Translations under genes and position numbers: made by a program
DNA from: Myxococcota bacterium
Lineage (GTDB): Bacteria; Myxococcota; JACRCW01
Direction of reading: 5' to 3'
Assembly (NCBI GenBank): GCA_040752415.1
Contig: JBFMGU010000281.1
Location: 1-13,597, forward strand
Length of the DNA stretch: 13,597 bases
The notes under the pieces: model-generated
What the model was told of the DNA's origin: nothing
What the model saw: the letters and a program-made list of their open reading frames with translations, nothing else
Database searches by the model: none
Part shown: piece after piece, positions 6,032 through 13,597 of the stretch
How positions within the stretch are numbered: position 1 is the first letter of the stretch
Layout: each line of letters starts with the position of its first letter

Positions 6032-9000
6032 TCACACCAGCTGGAAGATCTTCTGGAACTTGATGAGCAGGTCCGGGTCATTGCTCTTCACCACGCCACT
6101 GACGAACTCCATCACCGTGGGCGTGTACTTCTCCTCGACAATGCGCCGGAACATGTCGGGGCTGGTCTTGAGCACGCAGTCCGCGCTCCCGCTCTTCTCG
6201 TTGGTGATGGTGCAGCCGTCCTTGCGCACCTGCACGGTCCACTTCCCGTCGGAGCCGTCGCCGAGGCTGAAGTAGTACGTGACCGGGTCTTCAACCGCCG
6301 GCGGGTGGAACTGCTGGTTCAGCCGGTTGAAGAGTCGCGGCAGCAGCGGTCCCTCCTCCTGGGCGGGAGCGCCGTCGTCGTGGTCCAGGTCCAGGAGCAG
6401 GTCATCACGCAGCAGCTCCACCGCGCGCTGCACCAGGCGGGCGGCCTCCCGGTACGCATCACTCTGCCCCATGCCCTCCGTCCGACGAGCAAGCTGGTCC
6501 ATGGTGATGGGAACGCCGATGCGAACCGTCAGCTCACGCGACTTGGGCAGGATGGCGCCCTTGGGCATGGAGTCGTAGGTGCCGCCCAGGTAGACCGGCA
6601 GCACGTCGACGTGATGGTGCATGGCCAGGTAACCGAGCAGCGGCTTGAACTCGTGAATCTGTCCGTCGCTGCTGCGGGTGCCTTCCGGGAACAACAGGAG
6701 GCTGCGGCCGCTGTCCAACACCTCACCCGCCTTGCGCAACGACTGCTTGAGGCTGCCGCTGCGCTCCATCGGGACGAGATTGGTGAAGTTCTCGAAGTAG
6801 AAGCGACGCAGCGGTCCGTCGAAGAAGTAGTCGCGTGCCGCCAGCGACGGGAGATCAAACCCCGCCTCTCCCAACGCCACCTTGCAGAGCCCCATGTCGA
6901 GATGGCTCGCATGATTGGCGGCGACAATCACGTTGCGGTTCTGCGGAATGCGCGCCTTCCCGACGACACGCGTCTTGAACACGCGCGTGTACAGCGCCCG
7001 CTGCCCCACGGCGAGCACGTCCTTGACCACGCGCTGCACCTGAGACGGCACCTCGATCTCCACCTCGTCGGGGGAGATGACCGGCGACGGGTCCTTGGGC
7101 GTCGGGTCACCCAGCATGGGGGGCGCGGCGTGCCGGATGACGTCGACCAGCTCCGCCACCGTCTCCGCGGCCTGCACCTTGTCCGGGTCAATGGGGCCGC
7201 CGTGCAGGCGCTCCAGGCTCACCAGGATCTCGGTGCGCGCCAGGCTGTCCACGCCCAGGTCCGCACCCAGTCGCGCGTCGACACGGACCTCACCGAGCGG
7301 CTTGGCCAACGCCTCCGCCACCGCCTGGCACACCCGCAACGCAAGCCCTTCCGCGGCCGCGGCCTTCTCGGTGGTCCCGGCCTTCCGCTGCGCTTCCAGG
7401 TGCTTGATCTCCTCGACAACCTGGCTGCGACGCACCTTGCGCGTGGCCGTGCGCGGCAGCGGCGCGTTGGTGGCGTAGATGACCTTGGGACGTTCGTTCT
7501 CGGGGAGGTTGCGGATGCGGTCGCGCAGGGCGCGTTCCGCACGGGCCATGACCAGCGCCTCGGTCTCGCCCTCGCCGGGAGCGCGCGGAACCCAGAGGCA
7601 GGCCACCACCTCACCCCCGTTCTCGTCGGGGAGACCCACAATGGAGAGCTCGCTCACGCCTTCCGTTCCCTCGAGCTCCTGCTCCACCTGGTCGGGGTAC
7701 ACGTTCTCGCCGGAGGCGCTGACAATGACCTCCTTGGCGCGCCCCACGACGTAGAGCCGACCCTTTCCGTCGATCTTTCCGAGGTCACCGGTGCGCAGCC
7801 AGCCGTCGGAGGTCAGTGTGGCCTCGGTGGCTTCCGGGTTGTCCTCGTAACCGCGCATGATCGTGGGACCACGCGCCAGGATCTCGCCCACGCCCTGTGC
7901 GTCGGGGGAGTCGATCTTGAGGTCCACGCCGGGGATGGACGTGCCCACGGTTCCGGGCAGCGCCAGCTTCCCCATCCGGTGCACGGTGACGACGGGAGAC
8001 GCCTCCGTCAGCCCGTACCCCTGCGTCATCTCGAAGCCCAGGCCCTGGAAGAACTCCTGGGTCTGCGGAGGCAGCGCGGCACCGCCGGAGATGAGCACCT
8101 TGATGCGCCCACCCATGCGCTCGTGCGCGCTGGCAAAGAGCATGGGGCCCAGGTTGACGCCCAGCTCCCGCCACGCCCAGCGGTTCACGCGCAGCGCCAG
8201 CTCCATGAACGCCGCCCACACCGGACCGCGCGCCTGCACCTCGCTGCGGATGCGACGCTCCAGCATCTGCCAGAGTGCGGGCACACCCACCATCGCCGTC
8301 ACGCCGCCGGCCTTGAGGCCCAGGCGCAACTGCTCGGCGTTGAGCTCCTGCAGGTACGTGATGCGCCCGCCCTTGTGCAGCGGCATCAAGAGCCCGCAGG
8401 AGAACTCGAACGTGTGATGCATGGGCAGCACGCTGAGCCCGGCGTCCTTGGCACCCAGCGGGAAGATCGGCGCCAGCCCGGCCATGAGGTGCGCAAAGTT
8501 GCGGTGCGTCAGCTGCACCGCCTTGGCCTTCCCCGTGGTTCCCGACGTGAAGATCAGGCTGGCCACGTCGGAGCGTTGCTCGCGTGGGACCAAAGCGCGC
8601 GGTGCATCCCAGGCCGCCCGCTCCGCCGCACGCGTCGCCATGTCCTCCGCGATGAAGATGCGCGGCACCGCCTTGGGGTTCTCGTCGGAGGAGCCCATCA
8701 GCTCACGCAGCGAACGGCCAATGGCCGCGTCGCGCTTGCCGCTGAGGATCACCGCGGTGGCACGGGACGCGCGGACCAGGCGCACCAGCGCTTCCGCCGA
8801 CAACGTGTGGTCGACAGGCACCGCCGTGCCACCCGTCTTCATGATGGCGAAATACGCAATGGCCCAGGCGCTCTGTCCCTCGCTGCACAGGACCACGCGG
8901 TCGCCGGGCTTCACGCCGTTCTCGAGGAGCTCCACCGCCGCGGCGTCGGCGCGCGCGCGCAGTTGCGCGTACGTGATGCGGTGCAGACCTTCCGGCGTGA

Positions 9001-10753
9001 GATCCTGCAGCGCCACGCGGGTGGCGTGGGTGCGGCCCACCTCGTCGATGAGCTGCACGAGATCGTCGAACGTCTGGAGCGGCTGGGTCTCCTTGGCCAG
9101 GCGACGGTCGATCTCCGGGTAGACCCACTTCTCGAGGCCGGGGATGTGCACCTCGTGGAAGTAGTAACGCCAGTCGAGATGCTCGGGCCAATACGGAAGC
9201 TTGATGCGGTCCTGCTCGGTGAGATGGTCGCGCAGCTCACGCGCGTTGTAGCCCACGAACGTGTAGCGGTTGGTCCACACAAAGGGCTTGAAGACCTCGA
9301 TGATCTTCGCGCTGTTGCCGGCCTGCTTCTGCAGCGCGCCAAATGCCTTGCCCACCGTCTTCAGCGGCGGCGCCACGGTGCCCACCGCGCCCAGCGTCTT
9401 GGCGAGGAGGCCGGACACATTGGCCACCATGGGCGAGCTGGTGCGCTCCCAGTCCTGCCAGCTCAGCGTGTGGCTCTCGATCTTCCTGAGCAACGGCGCC
9501 AACGCGGGCGGGCCCGCTGGTTTCACCTTGGCCTTCGTCCGCTTGTACAGACCAATGAGGTCGACGACGCGGTACATGGGCAGCGGGTGCAGGTCGCTGG
9601 AGCAGATCTGGTAGACCGGCCGCGCCTTCCCCACCATCAACGCCGCCAGGATGTAGATCGACGACGACGCCACGTAGTCGACCGGGATGATGTCCAGGCT
9701 GACGTGGTCGTCGCCGGGAATGCCCAGCTGACCCTTCAGCGACATGTACGTCATGGGCGCGGAGGTGTTGATGCCTTCATTCCAGCCCTTCACGGGCCAC
9801 GCCATGGCGCTCTCGACGATGGCCGGTCGCACGATGGTGTACGGCAGGCCGCTGGCCTCCACCATCAGCTCGCCGATGCGCTTGCTGTACGTGTAACCAT
9901 TGGTGAAGCCCCAGTGCAGCGCGCGCTGCTCGCCGAACTTGCTGAGCTCGTCGCGCAGCCACTTGCGACGCTCGTCGGCCAGCAGCTTCTTGTAACCGGT
10001 CCCGCTCTGCGGCTCACCGTTGCGCTCCGCGCGCTCCTTGGCCTTCAGCGCAAAACGCGTCTGGTTGTCGGCGTGGTCGGCGCGCGCCCGCACGCTCTCC
10101 ACGATGGCCACGCACTCCTCGGTCTCGCGCTCGATGTCGAACTCGCTCGCGTCGATGCGGTCGGAGTACGGGAACGGGTCGAGGCTGGGGAGCTCCTCGC
10201 GGATGGTGCCCTGGCGGTCGCCGGCCACGTAGCACGTCGAGGTGTGGAACACCGGGATGTCTCCCAGGATGCGTGCCACGTCGATGGTGTGCTTGGCACC
10301 ACGGATGTTGACGTCCACGAGCTCATCCAGCGGCGGATTGAAGTCCACCACGCCGGAGCAATTGAAGATGGCGGCAATGCGGCCGCTCAGCTTGCGCCAG
10401 CTCTCGTCGGAGGCGCCCAGGCCGGGGAGCGAGACGTCGCCTTCAATGACCTCGAAGATGTTGCGCGCGTGCTCACGCCACGCATCCAGGCCCATGGACT
10501 GCCAGAAATGCTGGAACGGGACGGAAGGCAGGAACTCCTCGTCCAGGCGCTCCCAGCCGCTGCGGAAGCGGCCCTTGCGCACCAGCATGTGCAGCTTGCC
10601 CACGGAGGGATAACGCGCCAGCAGCATGCTGACGGTGACCTTGCCCAGGAACCCCGTGCCTCCAAGGACGAGGAGCTCCTTGCCACGCAGGGTGGCCTCC
10701 ACGTCCAGCGGCGGCCCCTGCAAGGGATTCTCGACGCTGCGCGGCCCTCTCAT
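6032..10753 (-). CDS. elbD: Multifunctional ether-lipid biosynthesis enzyme: fatty acyl reductase + acyl-CoA synthetase + ACP + PlsC acyltransferase + C-terminal SCP2-like domain
   Basis: FAR: GGTGFLG (10643-10663), YTYSK, IVRPAIVES. AMP-binding: FTSGTTGKAK (8522-8551), YGLTE, WLRTGDLG. ACP: LGVDSL (Ser codon 7244-7246). PlsC: NHASHLD (6896-6916), FPEGTRS. The order matches Myxococcus xanthus ElbD. ATG overlaps the upstream stop (ATGA). Confidence 0.92.
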   Translation of the reverse strand: MRGPRSVENPLQGPPLDVEATLRGKELLVLGGTGFLGKVTVSMLLARYPSVGKLHMLVRKGRFRSGWERLDEEFLPSVPFQHFWQSMGLDAWREHARNIFEVIEGDVSLPGLGASDESWRKLSGRIAAIFNCSGVVDFNPPLDELVDVNIRGAKHTIDVARILGDIPVFHTSTCYVAGDRQGTIREELPSLDPFPYSDRIDASEFDIERETEECVAIVESVRARADHADNQTRFALKAKERAERNGEPQSGTGYKKLLADERRKWLRDELSKFGEQRALHWGFTNGYTYSKRIGELMVEASGLPYTIVRPAIVESAMAWPVKGWNEGINTSAPMTYMSLKGQLGIPGDDHVSLDIIPVDYVASSSIYILAALMVGKARPVYQICSSDLHPLPMYRVVDLIGLYKRTKAKVKPAGPPALAPLLRKIESHTLSWQDWERTSSPMVANVSGLLAKTLGAVGTVAPPLKTVGKAFGALQKQAGNSAKIIEVFKPFVWTNRYTFVGYNARELRDHLTEQDRIKLPYWPEHLDWRYYFHEVHIPGLEKWVYPEIDRRLAKETQPLQTFDDLVQLIDEVGRTHATRVALQDLTPEGLHRITYAQLRARADAAAVELLENGVKPGDRVVLCSEGQSAWAIAYFAIMKTGGTAVPVDHTLSAEALVRLVRASRATAVILSGKRDAAIGRSLRELMGSSDENPKAVPRIFIAEDMATRAAERAAWDAPRALVPREQRSDVASLIFTSGTTGKAKAVQLTHRNFAHLMAGLAPIFPLGAKDAGLSVLPMHHTFEFSCGLLMPLHKGGRITYLQELNAEQLRLGLKAGGVTAMVGVPALWQMLERRIRSEVQARGPVWAAFMELALRVNRWAWRELGVNLGPMLFASAHERMGGRIKVLISGGAALPPQTQEFFQGLGFEMTQGYGLTEASPVVTVHRMGKLALPGTVGTSIPGVDLKIDSPDAQGVGEILARGPTIMRGYEDNPEATEATLTSDGWLRTGDLGKIDGKGRLYVVGRAKEVIVSASGENVYPDQVEQELEGTEGVSELSIVGLPDENGGEVVACLWVPRAPGEGETEALVMARAERALRDRIRNLPENERPKVIYATNAPLPRTATRKVRRSQVVEEIKHLEAQRKAGTTEKAAAAEGLALRVCQAVAEALAKPLGEVRVDARLGADLGVDSLARTEILVSLERLHGGPIDPDKVQAAETVAELVDVIRHAAPPMLGDPTPKDPSPVISPDEVEIEVPSQVQRVVKDVLAVGQRALYTRVFKTRVVGKARIPQNRNVIVAANHASHLDMGLCKVALGEAGFDLPSLAARDYFFDGPLRRFYFENFTNLVPMERSGSLKQSLRKAGEVLDSGRSLLLFPEGTRSSDGQIHEFKPLLGYLAMHHHVDVLPVYLGGTYDSMPKGAILPKSRELTVRIGVPITMDQLARRTEGMGQSDAYREAARLVQRAVELLRDDLLLDLDHDDGAPAQEEGPLLPRLFNRLNQQFHPPAVEDPVTYYFSLGDGSDGKWTVQVRKDGCTITNEKSGSADCVLKTSPDMFRRIVEEKYTPTVMEFVSGVVKSNDPDLLIKFQKIFQLV

Positions 10754-12528
10754 TTGCCGTTGCCCTCGTGATGGCGGTGCATCATCTGCTGGTGGTGTTC
10801 CGGGTTGTGACGGTCCGCGGGCTCAAGCGGCTTCACGGTCGGATCCTCGACGTCAAGCACCAGGATGGGCGGTGCATGCACCATGGTGATGTTGGGGCTA
10901 CGCGGCGCGGTGTCCTTGGCCATCTCCACCGCCTCGGACAGGTTGCGCGCGGGCTCGTAGCCCAGGATGCGACACACGCTCTCACTCTTGGCGCCAGCGA
11001 CGATGATGCGGCCCATGTGCTGTCGCCCCGCCTCACCCCAGTACCACATGTAGAACGGGTGGACGCCGTGGTACGCGTGCCCCCGACGGTACATCTGCCG
11101 GTAGATGGGATTCTGCGCGAATTCCTCCTCGTACTTCTTGTGCAGCGTCATGCTGTCCTTGGTGATGGGCAGCAGGCGGTGGAAGAACTCGATGTACGAG
11201 GGATGCTGCTCGGCGTCGAAGCGGTCCTCGGCGGGGTGGCTGATGATGAGCGTGCCACCCTTCTTCACCAGCGGAACGCCACGATACAGGTTGTGCATGT
11301 ACCCCTGCGCCAGCACCTGCACGAGCACGGGGTTCAGGATGGAGTGCACGTTGTAGGGCGAGATGAACGGCATGCCCATGATGGCAATGTCGGCCTGGCC
11401 CTTCACGGGGATGGCGTACTGCTGGAAGACGCGCTCCAGGCACTTCCTGTGCACCGGCTCCGTCTTGCCCGCCCACACGCCAATCATCTCGTAGGGCGCC
11501 TCGATGCGGCTGAAGATCTCCGTGCGCCCGTCGGAGGGGAGCTTGGAGAGCGTGAACATGAGGCCCTTGAACTTCATCCACTCCAGGTCGGTGAAGTCCT
11601 CCTCGCGCTTCATCAGGAAGCTGAGCTGACCGCCGTACATGTTGTTGTTGATGGCGGTCTCGATATGGAAGACGTTGCAGTGCTGGTTGACCAGCTTGCC
11701 CATGCGGTTGGTGCTGTCATGGAGCGAGCTGCGCTCAGGGTCCATGTAGCTGTGGCACTCGCGCATGGTCATGGGGTTGTGGTGCGCGCGCAGGCTCTTG
11801 TACCCGGCCAGCCCCACGGCGACGGACTTGTTGCCGCCATCCATGGGGACCAGGTTGATGTTCACGTAGATGAGCAGGTCACTGTCCAGCACGCGACGCG
11901 GCAGCTCCACCACCTCACCGCGCTCCGTCTTGCCAATGACCTCCATGCCCTCGTCTTCGGCGTCGTGGTTGTAGAGGCGGTCGGGCCAGTAGGCGTTGAA
12001 CACCTTGTCCCCGACGATGTGCCGCACCTCCCAGTCCTTCATGCGCCGGTGGAACGAGGTGGCGATCACGATCTCGATGTCGGTGACGCCGTGATCACCC
12101 AGGATCTGCAGGAGGATGTTGAGGATGCGCTCACGGATGTCCGGCCGCTTCATGGGCGGGAGCGGGAGCGAGATGTCGTCGATGGCGATGGTGACGGTCA
12201 TCCCGGGGAAGAGCTTGGCGTAGAGCGGCTCATCCTCTTCCGGGTGGTTCAGCGCGTAGCGGATGGCGGCGTCCGGGTGATTCAGCGCAGCCATGGGCGG
12301 CTTGGGGAAGATGACGCGCGTGCCGACCGGGAGATGCTCCAGGCGGAAGTCGTCACCGTAATAGAGCACGCGGGGCGGGCTGTTCTTGTCGGTGTGGACG
12401 ATGCCGCCGTCCCACGCGGGCTTCACGTTGTTCCGCGGGATGCTGATGGTGGGTGCCTGCACCGCCGGCTTGTTGAGCGGCTGGCGCGGGATCTTCGTGG
12501 GCGGCGAGGGCACTTTGGTGGACGTCAT
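10750..12528 (-). CDS. elbC: LarA (lactate racemase)/DUF2088-fold protein, ElbC-like
   Basis: IAIDDISLP, IVIATSFHR, DSDLLI, GGNKSVAVGLAGYKSLRAHH, GVWAG, ADIAI and KKGGTLII follow LarA motifs over the full length. Translationally coupled to elbD. The symbol is inferred from gene order. Confidence 0.82.
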   Translation of the reverse strand: MTSTKVPSPPTKIPRQPLNKPAVQAPTISIPRNNVKPAWDGGIVHTDKNSPPRVLYYGDDFRLEHLPVGTRVIFPKPPMAALNHPDAAIRYALNHPEEDEPLYAKLFPGMTVTIAIDDISLPLPPMKRPDIRERILNILLQILGDHGVTDIEIVIATSFHRRMKDWEVRHIVGDKVFNAYWPDRLYNHDAEDEGMEVIGKTERGEVVELPRRVLDSDLLIYVNINLVPMDGGNKSVAVGLAGYKSLRAHHNPMTMRECHSYMDPERSSLHDSTNRMGKLVNQHCNVFHIETAINNNMYGGQLSFLMKREEDFTDLEWMKFKGLMFTLSKLPSDGRTEIFSRIEAPYEMIGVWAGKTEPVHRKCLERVFQQYAIPVKGQADIAIMGMPFISPYNVHSILNPVLVQVLAQGYMHNLYRGVPLVKKGGTLIISHPAEDRFDAEQHPSYIEFFHRLLPITKDSMTLHKKYEEEFAQNPIYRQMYRRGHAYHGVHPFYMWYWGEAGRQHMGRIIVAGAKSESVCRILGYEPARNLSEAVEMAKDTAPRSPNITMVHAPPILVLDVEDPTVKPLEPADRHNPEHHQQMMHRHHEGNGK

Positions 12529-12549
12529 GGCGTTTCCGTCGGGTGCGAA

Positions 12550-13218
12550 TCAGTTGAGCTCGATGATGGGCCACCGCTGGCTCTGCGCCATGATGCGCAG
12601 GCGCGGGCCGGGATTGACGGCAGCGGGATGGCCCACCACCGACAACATCGGCGCGTCGGCCATGTCGTCGGAGTAGGCGAAGCACGCGTTGAGGTCGTAA
12701 CCGCGCTCGGTGGCGAGCTGGCGGATGAGCGCGGCCTTGGCGGGACCGGCCAGCACGGGAGGAATCACGTTCCCGGTGGCGACGTTGCGCAGGAACTCCA
12801 GCCGGTTGCCAAAGCAGTCACCCGCCGGAATGCCCAGCCGTTCCCCCAGCTTCACGACGACAAAATCCGGTGAGCCGGAGATGAGGATGGGCGTGATGTC
12901 GCTCTTCTTGCAGCTCTCCACCAGCGTGCGCGCGCCCTTGTACATGGCGGGGAGCATGACGCGGTCCACCACCTCGTCGGAGAGGACGAAGAGGCGGTCC
13001 TCGCTCATGCCCGCGTAGCCCTTGAAGAGCTGCTGCATCAGCGTGCCGCGGTCCATGGCCTCCGCGATGGCCAGCGAGGGCATGCGGACGGCCTCGCGTG
13101 CGGCACGGAGGGCGGAGAAGAGCGGGTTCTGCTGGCTGCGGATGTAGTAGCCCAGCGCGGAGAAGAGGCTGGTGCGGGTGAGCGTTCCATCCACGTCAAA
13201 GAAGGCTGCGCGCGCCAT
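12550..13218 (-). CDS. elbB: HAD-superfamily subfamily IB (phosphoserine phosphatase-like) hydrolase, ElbB-like
   Basis: Motif I FFDVDGTL directly after ATG 13218, motif II ISGS, motif III GPAK, motif IV YSDDMADAPML, then VGHPAAVNP. 222 aa. The symbol is inferred from gene order. Confidence 0.88.
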   Translation of the reverse strand: MARAAFFDVDGTLTRTSLFSALGYYIRSQQNPLFSALRAAREAVRMPSLAIAEAMDRGTLMQQLFKGYAGMSEDRLFVLSDEVVDRVMLPAMYKGARTLVESCKKSDITPILISGSPDFVVVKLGERLGIPAGDCFGNRLEFLRNVATGNVIPPVLAGPAKAALIRQLATERGYDLNACFAYSDDMADAPMLSVVGHPAAVNPGPRLRIMAQSQRWPIIELN

Positions 13219-13279
13219 GCCGGACCTGCCTGCTGACGGCGACGACCGGTCTGGCCCCGGACCGCCGCGGTGGGCGCCC

Positions 13280-13308
13280 CTTGTGTGGCCAAGCCCGCGC
13301 CAAGTCAA
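13280..13308 (-). promoter_or_regulatory. Possible promoter of the elb-like operon
   Basis: Minus strand reads TTGACTTGGCGCGGGCTTGGCCACACAAG. This gives either TTGACT-N17-CACAAG (good -35, weak -10) or an overlapping GG-N10-GC (13287-13303). It lies in the only sizeable, locally AT-richer gap before the operon. Confidence 0.3.
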
Positions 13309-13349
13309 CTGATTTGAGCCTTGTTACGCTCCCGCCAGCGCCCACGCCG

Positions 13350-13595
13350 TCAGAGCTGGGGGCTGTTGGTGGGGAAGTACTCGGGATCCAGCGTGTTGGG
13401 GTCCGCGCCCATGCGCGCCGCGGCCACGCGGTTGTGCACGCGAACCACGTCGCGGAGGTAGCGCTCACGCTCAAAGCGGGCGAGCAGCGAGAAGAGGTCG
13501 CGCGCCAGGTAGCCCACGGCCATGCCGGCAAACCCCAGAACCAGTCCGCCGATCACGCCCAGCAACATCCCGCCCGCCGCCGCCGAGCCGCCCGC
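13350..13595 (-). CDS. 3' end of a hypothetical membrane protein running off the window edge
   Basis: Frame is open to the window edge (AGGSAAAGGMLLGVIGGLVLGFAGMAVGYLARD...). One Gly-rich TM helix followed by a charged tail, high GC3. Confidence 0.6.
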   Translation of the reverse strand, partial: AGGSAAAGGMLLGVIGGLVLGFAGMAVGYLARDLFSLLARFERERYLRDVVRVHNRVAAARMGADPNTLDPEYFPTNSPQL

Positions 13596-13597
13596 CG

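Noticed and set aside
6032..10753. Calling the multidomain enzyme an NRPS or carboxylic acid reductase
   Set aside because: No condensation domain. The reductase is N-terminal and FAR-type rather than A-T-R order, and the PlsC domain indicates glycerolipid synthesis.
5069..10771. 1900-aa plus-strand ORF
   Set aside because: Antisense shadow of elbD and elbE. High GC3 codon usage suppresses opposite-strand stops. The product is rich in R/H/G/V/L with no recognisable motifs.
10750..12528. Calling the LarA-like protein a true lactate racemase (larA)
   Set aside because: Lacks the His174 and Arg75 equivalents, has large insertions, and lies in a lipid operon without other lar genes.
10768..12873. 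701-aa plus-strand ORF
   Set aside because: Antisense shadow of elbC and part of the HAD gene, with no motifs.
13219..13308. 30-codon N-terminal extension of the HAD ORF from TTG 13308
   Set aside because: HAD motif I normally lies within a few residues of the start. ATG 13218 fits, and the extension is low-complexity and overlaps promoter-like sequence.

Overview
High-GC bacterial DNA, probably Myxococcota-like (inferred from gene content only), dominated by lipid metabolism. The plus strand carries the 3' end of an ADP-ribosylglycohydrolase-like gene, a 3-hydroxyacyl-CoA dehydrogenase, a GT-C/GT39-like membrane glycosyltransferase, a PAP2 phosphatase and an acyl-CoA dehydrogenase. The minus strand carries a converging four-gene operon: HAD hydrolase, LarA/DUF2088-fold protein, a 1573-aa FAR + acyl-CoA synthetase + ACP + PlsC enzyme, and an extended SDR. 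This matches the myxobacterial ether-lipid cluster elbB-elbE; the symbols are assigned from recalled gene order, not from a search. Four things stand out. (1) A ~270-bp non-coding element at 2680-2949 has 75-bp inverted arms (68/75 identical), a structured spacer and a flanking 7-bp direct repeat, and it supplies the glycosyltransferase stop codon. (2) The ElbD homolog has an extra C-terminal SCP2-like domain. (3) ElbC retains LarA nickel-pincer anchor residues, has a remodelled active site and ends in a His-rich tail. (4) The ARH-like protein has a degenerate catalytic motif and a QLxLF clamp-binding-like motif near its end. The long opposite-strand ORFs are shadows of high-GC genes.
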